Source of the DNA: an uncultured delta proteobacterium
GTDB taxonomy: Bacteria; Desulfobacterota; Desulfobacteria; Desulfobacterales; SG8-13
DNA: 46,041 nt
Reading direction: 5' to 3'
Assembly (NCBI GenBank): GCA_963848135.1
Contig: CAWKCK010000015.1
Coordinates: 1 to 46,041 of the forward strand
Below the pieces are notes generated by a model that saw only the letters and a list, made by a program, of their open reading frames with translations, made no database searches and was not told the origin of the DNA. Shown here piece after piece: positions 18,935 through 29,126 of the stretch. Each line of letters begins with the position of its first letter. Position 1 is the first letter of the stretch. A program made the translations under genes and the position numbers.

Positions 18935-19802
18935 GCGAAATTATCTGGTTTTCAATTTTCCGGAATGACACCGGCCTTTGTCTTGCGACAGAGGTCGATT
19001 CCCCTGCAGTCGCCATTGTTTCTAATTCCAGGTCATCCGATCCTACCGCTTCTAAATCGGCATTGAAAACGGTCGCGAACTGATTTTTGAATATTGGTTG
19101 TACCGACTGCAGGGATATGGAATGACGTGGCGATTCCTGCTGCAAAGACGTAACACCGACGTTTTGCAGTCCGCAGGGGTTTATCCAACTGAAGGGCTCG
19201 AGAGATAGATCCACGTTTAGTGACAGCCCGTGATAGGTGACGCCCTTGCGGATGGCAATGCCGACACTGCCCATCTTCCTATTGCCGACCCAGATCCCCC
19301 GGTTGGCTGGATTTCGTGAAGCCTTGATGTGCCACCAGTGCGCCGTTCGGATCATCGTTTCTTCCAATTGTCCGACAAGGTCCTTTACCGACATTCTGGA
19401 TGCCCCCAGGTCCATGATAATGTATGCCACCAGTTGCCCTGGACCGTGATAGGTTATGTTCCCACCTCTTTCGGCCTGGATGATCGGTATGCCGTAGTTT
19501 TCGAGTATATCATTGGAAACCCGCAGGTTTTCGCGGCCGCCTCGCCGGCCGAGAGTAAAAACCGGCGGATGTTCGAGAAGAATCAGAATGTCTGCATCCA
19601 ATGCCGACGATTTTCGCAAGCCTACGAGCCGGTGCTGCAACGCCAATGCGTCTGCATAGGCCGTGCGTCCCGGTTCGTAAACCCGCCAAACTGTGCGCGG
19701 CACCCTGCCGGTATCGGTTTTAGGACTAAGGGTCTGGTTTTTCATTGACGCCTTTTTAAGAGTAAGTTCTTTTTGGGCTGTTTTGCTTTTTATAATGCTC
19801 AT
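18924..19802 (-). CDS. lipB: Octanoyltransferase
   Basis: EHPPVFTLG, RGGNITYHGPGQ, KMGSVG, INPCG. The start may instead be 19745. Confidence 0.93.
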   Translation of the reverse strand: MSIIKSKTAQKELTLKKASMKNQTLSPKTDTGRVPRTVWRVYEPGRTAYADALALQHRLVGLRKSSALDADILILLEHPPVFTLGRRGGRENLRVSNDILENYGIPIIQAERGGNITYHGPGQLVAYIIMDLGASRMSVKDLVGQLEETMIRTAHWWHIKASRNPANRGIWVGNRKMGSVGIAIRKGVTYHGLSLNVDLSLEPFSWINPCGLQNVGVTSLQQESPRHSISLQSVQPIFKNQFATVFNADLEAVGSDDLELETMATAGESTSVARQRPVSFRKIENQIISHED

Positions 19803-19888
19803 CGCCCCTGGTATTTGTTGACCCCTGGAACTGTCAAACTCTGGGAATCCCTCCTGCTAAGCTGAGGTTTATCGCGATTAATATCGGG

Positions 19889-21346
19889 TCACCCCGCCAG
19901 GCATGGTTTGCGGGCGGCGGTGACCTCGTCGAGTCGACGAACCTTGCTATGGTGTGGTGCCTCGTGAAGAAGTTCGGGAGTCTCTTTCGCCTCGCGATCG
20001 ATCTGTTTCATGGCGTCGATGAAGCGGTCAATATCTTCTTTCGATTCGGTTTCGGTGGGTTCGACCATGATTGCACCCGGTATGACCAGAGGGAAGTAAA
20101 CCGTGGGCGGATGGAATCCATAATCCATCAGCCGTTTGGCAATATCCAGGGTGGCGACCTTGTGAGCCGCCTGGTTCCGGTCGCTGAAGACACATTCGTG
20201 CATGCATGGCTTGTCATGGGGAAGATGATAGGTTCCTTTGAGATGCTCCTTGATGTAGTTGGCATTCAGCACGGCCAACTGACTGGCTCTTTTCAGACCG
20301 CCCGGACCCATGCTTAAGATATAACTGTAAGCCCTGACCATCACCCCAAAATGACCATGGAAGGTATCCAGTTTTCCGATCGACATCGGGAATTCCTCGG
20401 AAAGTTCGTAAGTGTCTCCGACTTTCACAACGCGGGGGACCGGCAAGAACGGTTCCAATTTTTTGTGAACGCAAACCGGACCGGAACCGGGACCGCCGCC
20501 ACCGTGCGGTGTGGAGAACGTTTTGTGCAGGTTGAGGTGCAGGACGTCGATACCGATCATTTTCATGTCGACGATACCCATCACTGCGTTCATGTTGGCC
20601 CCGTCGCAGTAGACCAAACCGCCTTTGGCGTGGATAATATCGGTAATTTCCCTGATATTGTGTTCGAAAAGACCGAGGGTATTGGGATTGGTCACCATGA
20701 TGCCGGCAGTTTCCTCGTCCATAACGGCAGCGATAGCTTCAGCCTCGAGTACCCCGTCAGGGCCCGATTTAACCGGAACAGACCGATAGCCGCACAGGGT
20801 TGCACTGGCCGGGTTGGTACCGTGGGCCGTATCCGGAATGATGATCTTGGAACGTTGGGCCCCCTTGCTGCGGTGGTAGGCGAAGATCAGCAACATACCG
20901 GCCAATTCGCCATGGGCACCGGCTGCCGGCTGCAAGGACACGGCATCCATTCCGGTAATCTCTGCCAGATACAGCCCCAGATCATACAGCAGCGATAGAG
21001 CACCCTGGGCAAGCTGCGGCGGGAGAAGCGGATGGGCCGATGCGAACCCCGCCAACTGGCACTGACGTTCATTGGTCTTCGGATTGTATTTCATGGTGCA
21101 CGAACCGAGCGGGTACATGCCGGTGTCCACCCCGAAGTTCCAGGTCGACAGCCGGGTGTAGTGCCGCACGAGATCCACTTCGCTTAAATCGGGAAAATCC
21201 GGACCCGATCCAACCAGTTCCGTGTCCAAGTCAGCGACGTCCACGTCACGCCGCGGCATGGAAAAGCCCCGGCGTCCTTTACTGCCTTTATCCCAAAGCA
21301 AGGGCTCATTCAGAATCAAACCTGTGGTTCCGAGAGTTTCCATCAT
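19889..21346 (-). CDS. gcvPB: Glycine dehydrogenase (decarboxylating) subunit 2
   Basis: YPLGSCTMKYNP, QPAAGAHGE, PLP lysine LNLHKTFSTPHGGGGPG; ATGA overlap with gcvPA. Confidence 0.96.
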   Translation of the reverse strand: MMETLGTTGLILNEPLLWDKGSKGRRGFSMPRRDVDVADLDTELVGSGPDFPDLSEVDLVRHYTRLSTWNFGVDTGMYPLGSCTMKYNPKTNERQCQLAGFASAHPLLPPQLAQGALSLLYDLGLYLAEITGMDAVSLQPAAGAHGELAGMLLIFAYHRSKGAQRSKIIIPDTAHGTNPASATLCGYRSVPVKSGPDGVLEAEAIAAVMDEETAGIMVTNPNTLGLFEHNIREITDIIHAKGGLVYCDGANMNAVMGIVDMKMIGIDVLHLNLHKTFSTPHGGGGPGSGPVCVHKKLEPFLPVPRVVKVGDTYELSEEFPMSIGKLDTFHGHFGVMVRAYSYILSMGPGGLKRASQLAVLNANYIKEHLKGTYHLPHDKPCMHECVFSDRNQAAHKVATLDIAKRLMDYGFHPPTVYFPLVIPGAIMVEPTETESKEDIDRFIDAMKQIDREAKETPELLHEAPHHSKVRRLDEVTAARKPCLAG

Positions 21347-22675
21347 GACTGCACCTCCTTGACCAAGTCGTCCAGGTCCTTCCGGGTTGCGGTTTCCGTA
21401 ACACACAAAAGGGTGCAATCGGAAAGCTCCGGGTAGTATTTGGCCAGTGGTAAACCGGCGATAATTTTTCGGTTGAGCAGCCGGTGGTAGATATCGTCGA
21501 AACGATCCGGAAATCGGATGACAAATTCATTGAACGTCGGCGCTGAAAATGGCGTTTTGTAACCGGCTTCCGTCAACTGGCCTTTCAGATATTCGGCCTT
21601 GTCACGATTGAGTTGCGACAGTTCACGAAATCCGGTGCCGCCCAGCGATGCCATGTATACGGCTGCCGTCGTGGCGCAGAGGCTGTTATTGGTACAAATA
21701 TTAGAGGTCGCTTTCTCTCTGCGGATGTGCTGCTCCCTTGTGGCCAGGGTCAGTACGAAACCATCACGACCGTCTATGTCCTTGGTTCGACCTACCAATC
21801 TGCCCGGCAGGCTGCGCACGAATTTCATCCGGCTGCCGAGCATCCCTAAACCCGGTCCACCGAAACTGCGGGGTAGCCCCAAGCTCTGACCTTCGCCACA
21901 GACGACATCGGCGTCGAGGCTACCGGGACTTTTCAGCAGGCCATAGGCCAAAGGTTCAGTAAAGGAGGCAACGAGAAGAGCCTTGGCTACCGCGAGCGCT
22001 GTCGGCAGCGGATTTGAGATCTTCGATGCAGCCGAAGAAGTTGGGGGATTGAACCGCCACGGCGGCAAGATCGTCGCGTGTGTCGATGGCATCAAAGTTA
22101 GTGCGGCCATCCTCCAAATACGGCAGTTCGACAAGGTCATACCCGGGCGGGTCGAAATACGTCCTGACCACCCGGCGGTGCAAGGGATGGACAGTGGCTG
22201 AAATGGCCACCCGCTTCTTGCCGGTAATGCGGATGGCCATCAAAAGGGCTTCTGCCAGAGCCGTTGATCCGTCGTAATGGGAGGCCGTTGCCACCTCGGT
22301 TCCCATCAACCGGCTGGCAAGGGTTTGATATTCATAAATGGCCTGAAGGGTACCCTGGCTGATTTCAGGCTGATAGGGAGTGTAGGAGGTAACGAACTCC
22401 CCGCGACTCAGAACATACCGGGCGGCCGCCGGTACAAAGTGATCATAGCTGCCGGCGCCTAAGTACACCTTGTATGCGGGCGATACCGCCATGCGGGCTG
22501 TCAGGGCGTCCATGTGGTCGTTAAGCTCCCACTCGGTCATGGCTTCCGGCAGGTTCATATCGAGCCGGCAGCAACAATCTTTTGGAATTGTGGCAAAGAG
22601 ATCGTCAAGACTTCCAACCCCGACCTTTGCCAGCATAGCGTCGATATCTTCCTTGGTGTGAGGGAGGTAGCGCAT
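21343..22675 (-). CDS. gcvPA: Glycine dehydrogenase (decarboxylating) subunit 1; apparent frameshift at ~21991
   Basis: ORF 21956-22675 (YTPYQPEISQG, YDGSTA) joins 21343-22140 (REQHIRREKATSNICTN). Confidence 0.93.
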
Positions 22676-22677
22676 GT

Positions 22678-23079
22678 CTAAAGTCCTTTCAGCATCTCGA
22701 GATAGGCCTTTTTGGTCAGCAGTGAATCAAACTCGGCAGCATCTGTCGGTTTGACATCGATCATCCAACCGTCAGTGTAAGGGCTCGTGTTGACCAATTC
22801 CGGCGACTCTTCGAGGGTCTTGTTGATTGCGATCACTTCGCCGCCGACCGGCATAAAAAGTTCTGATACGGCTTTGACTGATTCCACGGTACCGAAAACG
22901 TCACCTTTGTCCAGCTTGTCGCCTGTTTGCGGCAGTTCAACAAACACGATATCTCCCAATTGATCCTGGGCGTAGTCGTCGATACCTACCCGGATTTTGT
23001 CGCCTTCTTTTTGGGCCCATTCGTGATCTTCGCCATAGCCCAGGTCATCGGGCAGGTTGAGCTGACTGATTTCTTTCAT
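22678..23079 (-). CDS. gcvH: Glycine cleavage system H protein
   Basis: HEW, AQDQLGDIVFV, lipoyl-lysine ESVKAV, PYTDGW; AGGAGG RBS. Confidence 0.97.
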   Translation of the reverse strand: MKEISQLNLPDDLGYGEDHEWAQKEGDKIRVGIDDYAQDQLGDIVFVELPQTGDKLDKGDVFGTVESVKAVSELFMPVGGEVIAINKTLEESPELVNTSPYTDGWMIDVKPTDAAEFDSLLTKKAYLEMLKGL

Positions 23080-23286
23080 GGCCGACCTCCTTTTGTTATG
23101 TGAGTTTACATAATGGCTGCCTTTAGATGGGTATTAATAATAACGATGGCATCTGCCCATACGGCATTCAATTTGGCGTGATGCCGCATATAATTTATCA
23201 ATAACTGATGCCTACCGGGTGGGTTACCACTCCGTCCATTTTGCCCTCAAAATGTTCTTCAAAAACCGACCCCCAATTACATGGAT

Positions 23287-24564
23287 TTATAAAAAATTTG
23301 CCAACGGTTTACGCGCTGTACGGTCAGGGCGGATATCTTTGACGATTTCTACTTTCACTGAACGGTGTTTATCTTTTAGAATAACCGTCGCTCCAGCATT
23401 TAACGATTTGTTTACTTTAATAAAACCGCAACTGAGCCCCCTGGGTTTAAACCCAGGGGGCTTGTTCGGGCTGGAGACACTGAATATCTTTCCGTCTACG
23501 CGGCCGATAGCCATGTCGGTGGCACAGGTCAACACACTGCCAATGGCGGTGCCTCCTTCTGAATATACCCCTGCTGCGGGATCCCCGGCGGCGACCTTAC
23601 GCAAATCGTAGCCGGCGAAGGGATAAGTGTATTCGTTATGGGCGTCCTGCAATAGGGCTTCGGCGCCGGGAAAGTCTTTTGTGAAACCCATGTTGTCGCT
23701 CGTATAAGGAAGGGCGAAAGGCCAGGGGTTGTTTTTGAATGGCCAGGGACCGATGTCTTGATGCGAGAGCGGCAATACGGCCCCCGCCCGCAAAGAATCC
23801 CGTGCCGCCAGCCCGCAGGTGAGCATTCCGAACGATTGGCCGGCATCGAGGAGAAGCTCCCAGAGATCGACAAACTTTTCCGGTGACACAAATAGCTCAA
23901 AGCCGAACTCGCCAGTATAACCCGTTCGGGACAACAGAAGTGGTGTACCGTCCGTGAGAGTCACTTTCTCAGATAATGGCAGGGCGCTGTTGAAGTGACC
24001 CTTGAACGAGAAATAGGGCAGCTGTGCAAACACCTCTGTCGGTTTCTTGATGATGCGGCTGATGATGCGGGCTGCTTGAGGTCCTTGGACATCGAGTTTG
24101 CCGACCTGATCGGTGAGGTCGATTACTGCCGCCTTGTGTTCGCCGGTATAGCCCATCAGGTGTTTACTGACGATACCGCCCATACCGGCATTAACCACCA
24201 CCATGAAAAGCGAGTCGTAAATCTGAAAAACAATCGCATCGTCTATGACCTCTCCGGCATCGTTCAAAAAGACACCATATACGCTTTTACCGGAGACCAA
24301 TGGCGTTTGAGCCTTTCCGATGCAGGCCGAGAGGTCTTTGGAAAAACAATCCTGAAGCAGGTCCCGCGCACCGGACCCCCTGACCGTAATGATACTCATA
24401 TGGCTCGTGTCAAACATGCCGGCATCTGTCAGAACCGCCAAATGCTCTTTTTTTGCGCCGCTGGGGTACCACAGGGGCATGTCGTACTGTCCGAATTGGG
24501 CCATGTTGGCGCCATTCTGAACGTGCCAGCCGTGCAGGCGGGTCTTTTTTACGTCAGCGTTCAT
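23287..24564 (-). CDS. gcvT: Glycine cleavage system T protein (aminomethyltransferase)
   Basis: FDTSHM, SRTGYTGEFGFE, GLAARDSLR; ATG 24564 with GGAG RBS. Confidence 0.93.
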   Translation of the reverse strand: MNADVKKTRLHGWHVQNGANMAQFGQYDMPLWYPSGAKKEHLAVLTDAGMFDTSHMSIITVRGSGARDLLQDCFSKDLSACIGKAQTPLVSGKSVYGVFLNDAGEVIDDAIVFQIYDSLFMVVVNAGMGGIVSKHLMGYTGEHKAAVIDLTDQVGKLDVQGPQAARIISRIIKKPTEVFAQLPYFSFKGHFNSALPLSEKVTLTDGTPLLLSRTGYTGEFGFELFVSPEKFVDLWELLLDAGQSFGMLTCGLAARDSLRAGAVLPLSHQDIGPWPFKNNPWPFALPYTSDNMGFTKDFPGAEALLQDAHNEYTYPFAGYDLRKVAAGDPAAGVYSEGGTAIGSVLTCATDMAIGRVDGKIFSVSSPNKPPGFKPRGLSCGFIKVNKSLNAGATVILKDKHRSVKVEIVKDIRPDRTARKPLANFL

Positions 24565-24580
24565 TTTACTCTCCGTGTCA

Positions 24581-25024
24581 TTAGAGGATATAGGGCACTT
24601 TGAGGTTGTAGCCTTTGTATACAACGAAAGTCTCAACCGACCTGACGTCCTTCAGGCGATAGACTTCGCGGGTGTAGAACTCGAGGAGATCAAAACCCTC
24701 TTTAAGCAGCGCCACCACCATTAGATCGAACCTGCCAGTGACGACGCTGACCGATACAACCCCTTTGAGTTTACTGAACTCTTTGCCTTTTTCTACCAAA
24801 TTTAGGGTCGCCAGCTTGACCCCGATGAAGGCAACCCGATGTCCGGTGAGGGCCTCGGGGTCTACGAGGCCGCAGATTTCCACAACCCCTTCACTGACCA
24901 TGGAATTGATTCGTGTCCGGACCGTATTTTCCGATAACCCCAGTTTTTCGGCGATTTTGCGGTTGGATTTGCGACCGTCGCGCAGGGATTTGATGATCTC
25001 GATGGTGATGTCATCGATTTTCAT
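24581..25024 (-). CDS. Lrp/AsnC family transcriptional regulator
   Basis: N-terminal HTH DGRKSNRKIAEKLGLSENTVRTR, C-terminal VTGRFD. Confidence 0.92.
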   Translation of the reverse strand: MKIDDITIEIIKSLRDGRKSNRKIAEKLGLSENTVRTRINSMVSEGVVEICGLVDPEALTGHRVAFIGVKLATLNLVEKGKEFSKLKGVVSVSVVTGRFDLMVVALLKEGFDLLEFYTREVYRLKDVRSVETFVVYKGYNLKVPYIL

Positions 25025-25073
25025 GACGGCTGTCCGGTGCTTAAGATTTGATATTTGAGGGAGTCTGTAAAAA

Positions 25074-25102
25074 TTTCTATTGTTAATTGCTGAATTTGTC
25101 AA
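25074..25102 (-). promoter_or_regulatory. Putative sigma70 promoter of the Lrp-gcv-lip operon
   Basis: Minus strand TTGACA-N17-TAGAAA within an AT-rich tract. Confidence 0.55.
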
Positions 25103-25239
25103 TATTTTATTGGTTATTTTAATATTTCTGCAAAAAATTGAGCCGTCACCGTTCGGAAAAATGCTCTCTGTTGTTTTCGAAGGCTTTCCTTTTATAGCCG
25201 TAGCCTGTCCTCCCGATCAAGACCGTAAAGCGTCAATAC

Positions 25240-25255
25240 CGGCGCGGCGATTGCA
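25240..25255 (+). promoter_or_regulatory. Candidate sigma54 (-24/-12) promoter upstream of the ABC transporter
   Basis: CGGCGCG-GCGA-TTGCA, exact GG-N10-GC spacing, two mismatches to TGGCACG-N4-TTGCW. Confidence 0.35.
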
Positions 25256-25371
25256 TTTTAGTGGTTGATTATGTAAATACCGTATGCTAACAGTCCGGAT
25301 CTAAACGGAGTTAGGTCGTGGTGTTCATGCAATATCACCATCAATATGTGATCGGTCAAAAGGAGGAAGAG

Positions 25372-26550
25372 ATGAAGAAAAGAATGATTATTACCGCAAT
25401 TGTTTGTTGCCTGATTTTCGGCATGGCTTTAATGGCATGCGGACCCGAAGCACCGAAAGCCATCAAAATCGGCATCAATGCACCTATCACCGGCGATATC
25501 CCCAAAGTCGGAGAAGGTTCGAAGTATGCGGCTCAAATGTGGCTGGAAGATGTCAATGCTGCTGGTGGACTGGATGTCGGCGGAAAGAAATACCAGGTTG
25601 CTCTGGTGATCGAGGACAACGAGTCCAAGGCCGAATCCGCCGTTAAGGTCAACACCAAGATGATCACCGAAGACGAGGTCCTGATGATTGTTGGACCGCA
25701 ATCCTCGAAGCAAGCCGTACCGGCGGGCGAGGTGGCCAACAATTACGGCACGCCTATGGTCAGCCCCTGGTCCACGAATCCCAAAACCACTGCAGACCGG
25801 CCGTTCGTCTTCCGAGCCTGCTTCCTCGACCCATTCCAGGCGCCGGTGGTTGCCAATTTCGTCAAAGACGAGTTCGGGTTCACCAAGGCGGCCGTCCTCT
25901 ATGACGTTGCCAGCGACTATCCCAAGGGCCTGGCGGAAGATTTCAAAAAAGCGTGGGAGAGCATTAACGGTCCCGACTCCGTGGTGGCTTTCGAGAGTTT
26001 CACCACCAAGGATGCCGATTTCAGCTCTCAGTTGACCAACATCATAAACTCGGGAGCCGAATTTCTGTTCACTCCCCAGTATTACAACGAGGTGGCATTG
26101 ATCGTTCAACAAGCCCACCAGCTGGGATTCAACAAACCGATCGTCGGCAGCGACAGCTGGGGTTCGGCCGAAACCGTTCAGCTCTGCGGACCGGACTGTT
26201 ACGGACTGTTTTTCAGTACGCACTATGCCGCGGCCGGCGCCACCGGCAAGACCAAGGAATTCATCGACCGCTACGAGAAAAAATATGGCTACATTCCTGA
26301 CGATGTCGGTGCCCTGACCTGGGATGCCATCGGTTTGGTCCAACAAGCCATCCAGGAATGCGGAACGATTACCGGCGATCTGAAGAAGGACCGCCAGTGC
26401 GTCCGTGATGCCATGGCGAACATCAAGGAGTTTGACGGCATCACCGGCAAGATGACATTTGGGGGCAGCGGTGACCCGTCCAAGTGTGCCGTGATTGTCA
26501 AGATCAGCGACAAAGGCGAATTCGAATTCTATAAGTCGGTTTGCCCGTAA
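25372..26550 (+). CDS. Branched-chain amino acid-type ABC transporter substrate-binding lipoprotein (LivK/LivJ family)
   Basis: AGGAGG RBS, lipobox LMAC, IKIGINAPITG, FVFRACFLD, DFSSQL. Confidence 0.92.
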   Translation: MKKRMIITAIVCCLIFGMALMACGPEAPKAIKIGINAPITGDIPKVGEGSKYAAQMWLEDVNAAGGLDVGGKKYQVALVIEDNESKAESAVKVNTKMITEDEVLMIVGPQSSKQAVPAGEVANNYGTPMVSPWSTNPKTTADRPFVFRACFLDPFQAPVVANFVKDEFGFTKAAVLYDVASDYPKGLAEDFKKAWESINGPDSVVAFESFTTKDADFSSQLTNIINSGAEFLFTPQYYNEVALIVQQAHQLGFNKPIVGSDSWGSAETVQLCGPDCYGLFFSTHYAAAGATGKTKEFIDRYEKKYGYIPDDVGALTWDAIGLVQQAIQECGTITGDLKKDRQCVRDAMANIKEFDGITGKMTFGGSGDPSKCAVIVKISDKGEFEFYKSVCP

Positions 26551-26657
26551 ATTCAATCATGTCCGGGCCGACGACGGTATCGTCTTCGCCCAGGTCTCTT
26601 TCGGAGTTTCATCAACTCTCAAGCAAGCCAATCGAGCCAAATTACGATGTGCATATC

Positions 26658-26692
26658 GGCGGGCCAGGGCATTTCCCTGTGCCCGCCTTTTT
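26658..26692 (+). terminator. Intra-operon terminator-like hairpin after the binding-protein gene
   Basis: GGCGGGC-CAGGG...CCCTG-t-GCCCGCC followed by TTTTT. Confidence 0.65.
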
Positions 26693-26829
26693 GAACCGCA
26701 CCGACTGTTGGTTCTCGCACGCCACAGGAACGAGGCGGTGTCGATAGTATAGAGTTGAATGCTCTATCACGCGTTTGCGGCTGGATCGCAGCATCAGCAT
26801 TGAGTATCAGACCATAAGGAGTTTACCCG

Positions 26830-27753
26830 ATGGCATTTTTCCTTCAAAATCTTGTAAACGCCCTGCAATGGGGTAGTTTTTACGCCTTGATCGCATTGGG
26901 TTACTCCATGGTGTACAGTATTTTGATGCTTTTTAACTTTGCCCACGGCGACATATTCATGGTCGGTGCCTATATCGGCTTCGGTGTCGCGACCGGTCTG
27001 CTGGTCATTGCCTCCCAGTGGGCACTTGCCATTCCAGGTTGGCTGACCCTGGTGCTGACCATCCTTCTCTCCATGTTTTTAACCTCCTTTCTGGGCATGT
27101 TCGTCGAAAGGGTCGGTTACCGTCCGCTGCGGGATGCTCCGCGGGCATCGGCAGCCATCACCGGTTTGATGATCGGTATCATTCTCGAAACCATTATTCT
27201 CTGGGGACTGGGTACCCAGCGGGTGAGCTTTCCGTCTATGATCGATACCGTGACATTTAATGTCGGCGGCGTGTTTATAACCAATAAAAAGATCATGATC
27301 GTTGCTGTTTCACTTTCATTCATGCTGGCCCTGCATCTGTTCATCACCAAGACCCGCTGGGGGATGGCTATGCGCGCCATGGCCTTCGATTATGTGGTTG
27401 TGCCTTTGATGGGTGTATCGATAAATCGCATTGCCGCCATGACCTTCGCTATCGGGTCGTCTTTGGCTGCCCTGGCCGGCATTCTTTTTGGCGTGGCCTA
27501 TCCGGTGCTGGACCCTTACATGGGAATTGTATTCGGATGGAAGGCCTTCGTGGCCGCCATTTTGGGCGGCCGGGGTTCCATCATGGGCGCGACGCTGGCT
27601 GGCTTTCTGCTTGGGTTCATTGAAATCTTTGTGGCCATGGTCTTTCCGTCGACCCTAAGAGACCTCATCGCCTATTCAATCGTGTTACTCATCCTGGTTT
27701 TCAGACCCTATGGGTTCTTCGGTGAGCCTTACAGCGCCAAGTTGAGGCTATAG
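26830..27753 (+). CDS. livH: LIV-type ABC transporter permease
   Basis: YALIALGYSMVY, NFAHGD, KAFVAAILGG. Confidence 0.92.
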   Translation: MAFFLQNLVNALQWGSFYALIALGYSMVYSILMLFNFAHGDIFMVGAYIGFGVATGLLVIASQWALAIPGWLTLVLTILLSMFLTSFLGMFVERVGYRPLRDAPRASAAITGLMIGIILETIILWGLGTQRVSFPSMIDTVTFNVGGVFITNKKIMIVAVSLSFMLALHLFITKTRWGMAMRAMAFDYVVVPLMGVSINRIAAMTFAIGSSLAALAGILFGVAYPVLDPYMGIVFGWKAFVAAILGGRGSIMGATLAGFLLGFIEIFVAMVFPSTLRDLIAYSIVLLILVFRPYGFFGEPYSAKLRL

Positions 27754-27817
27754 TCATTATGAATGCGAGAGGTTAGAAGGCTATCGTCACCTGTGGTTTT
27801 TCAAGAAAGGGAGTACA

Positions 27818-29125
27818 ATGGAAGTGACAAGCAGCGAATTGTCTGCCCCTGAAAGTGGCGTTATAAATAAAATCCGGGCCGTTTTTTCTCGGATTCCGGT
27901 TCTGGGTTGGCTCTGCGGTGCGCTGGCTGCAGTTATTCTTGAACAAGCTGTGGGCAGGCCGCTGGCCTTATCGTTAGGGCTGCCGAAAATTCCGGCACTT
28001 TTCGGCTTCACGCTTATTCTAAAAAATCCATTACTTATTCCCAGTTGTGTCCTTTACGTGTGTCTCATCTATCTCTTACCGGTCATTATCGTTGCACGCT
28101 TGTGCCTTGCACCGGCCAATTGGTTGGCCGGCAGGTTGATGAATATCTCGATGCAGGGCTCCGTTCTCATTCACCTGGTTCTGCTATACGCTGTCTTGCA
28201 GATTTGGGCTGAGGTCAGTGACTATCGGGATATCACTCTCAAGTTCACGCTGATAGCCATTATGGTGACAGTAAGCCTGAACGTGATCAACGGTTACATG
28301 GGCGAATTTTCATGCTCCCACCCTGGTTTCATGGCTTTGGGTGCCTATACCGCTTCGGTATTTACCGTATCCTTTTTTGTGAATGACAGCCAGTTCGGGC
28401 AGGCGTTGTTGCCATCCTTCCTCGGTCCTTTTCTCTTCCCCTTGGCTCTGATCCTCGGCGGCTGCGTTGCTTCTCTGGGGGCTTTGATCGTGGCTATCCC
28501 GTCATTCAGAACACGGGGAGATTATCTGGCGATTATCAGCCTGGCGTTTATGTTCATTGTCAAAAGCCTGATCGAAAACTTGGAATTCGTTGGGGGACCG
28601 CGTGGTCTCAGCAGCCAGCCCAACTATGCCAATCTACCGACGGTTTTTGCCTGGACCGTGGCCTGCATCTGGATCATCAACAACTTCGTGCGCTCCATCA
28701 TTGGCAAGGCCCTCAATGCCGTTCGGGATGACGAGACCGCTGCCAATGCCATGACCATCAACACCCGCCGCACGAAGATGACGGCATTCATGTTCGCGGC
28801 TTTCTGGGCCGGTGTGGCCGGCGGGCTATTTGCCCACGTATTGCGATACGTGAACCCCAGCACTTTCGGTATCCAGAAACTTGCCGAGGTTCTGGCCATG
28901 GTCTACTTCGGGGGACTCAACTCGGTATACGGCTCGATATTGGGTGCCGTGAGCCTGAGTATGCTCAGCGAGGCGCTGCGTCCGCTGGAGCTTTTTAAAT
29001 GGATTGTCATTCCGCTGTTGCTGATTCTCGTGATGATCTACCGTCCCACCGGGTTGATTGCCTTCAAGGAATTCGACGTAAAAAAACTGATCCGGCCAAA
29101 GCAGAATCCCGGAGACGAGGTGTAA
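27818..29125 (+). CDS. livM: LIV-type ABC transporter permease
   Basis: SLNVINGYMGEFS, RTRGDYLAI, AVRDDETAA. Confidence 0.9.
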   Translation: MEVTSSELSAPESGVINKIRAVFSRIPVLGWLCGALAAVILEQAVGRPLALSLGLPKIPALFGFTLILKNPLLIPSCVLYVCLIYLLPVIIVARLCLAPANWLAGRLMNISMQGSVLIHLVLLYAVLQIWAEVSDYRDITLKFTLIAIMVTVSLNVINGYMGEFSCSHPGFMALGAYTASVFTVSFFVNDSQFGQALLPSFLGPFLFPLALILGGCVASLGALIVAIPSFRTRGDYLAIISLAFMFIVKSLIENLEFVGGPRGLSSQPNYANLPTVFAWTVACIWIINNFVRSIIGKALNAVRDDETAANAMTINTRRTKMTAFMFAAFWAGVAGGLFAHVLRYVNPSTFGIQKLAEVLAMVYFGGLNSVYGSILGAVSLSMLSEALRPLELFKWIVIPLLLILVMIYRPTGLIAFKEFDVKKLIRPKQNPGDEV

Positions 29126-29126
29126 C

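Noticed and set aside
21956..22140. Programmed frameshift in gcvPA (also selB, hemW)
   Set aside because: No slippery heptamer at the junctions; the same single-base indel pattern recurs across unrelated genes.
23080..23286. Possible glycine riboswitch between gcvT and gcvH, or upstream of the operon
   Set aside because: No GGAGA...CCGAAG aptamer core on the minus strand; only short hairpins.
25429..26556. 375-aa antisense ORF (similarly 32482-33477, 34016-34963, 15711-16577, 38748-39509)
   Set aside because: Shadow frames opposite well-supported genes, explained by codon bias; no motifs or RBS.
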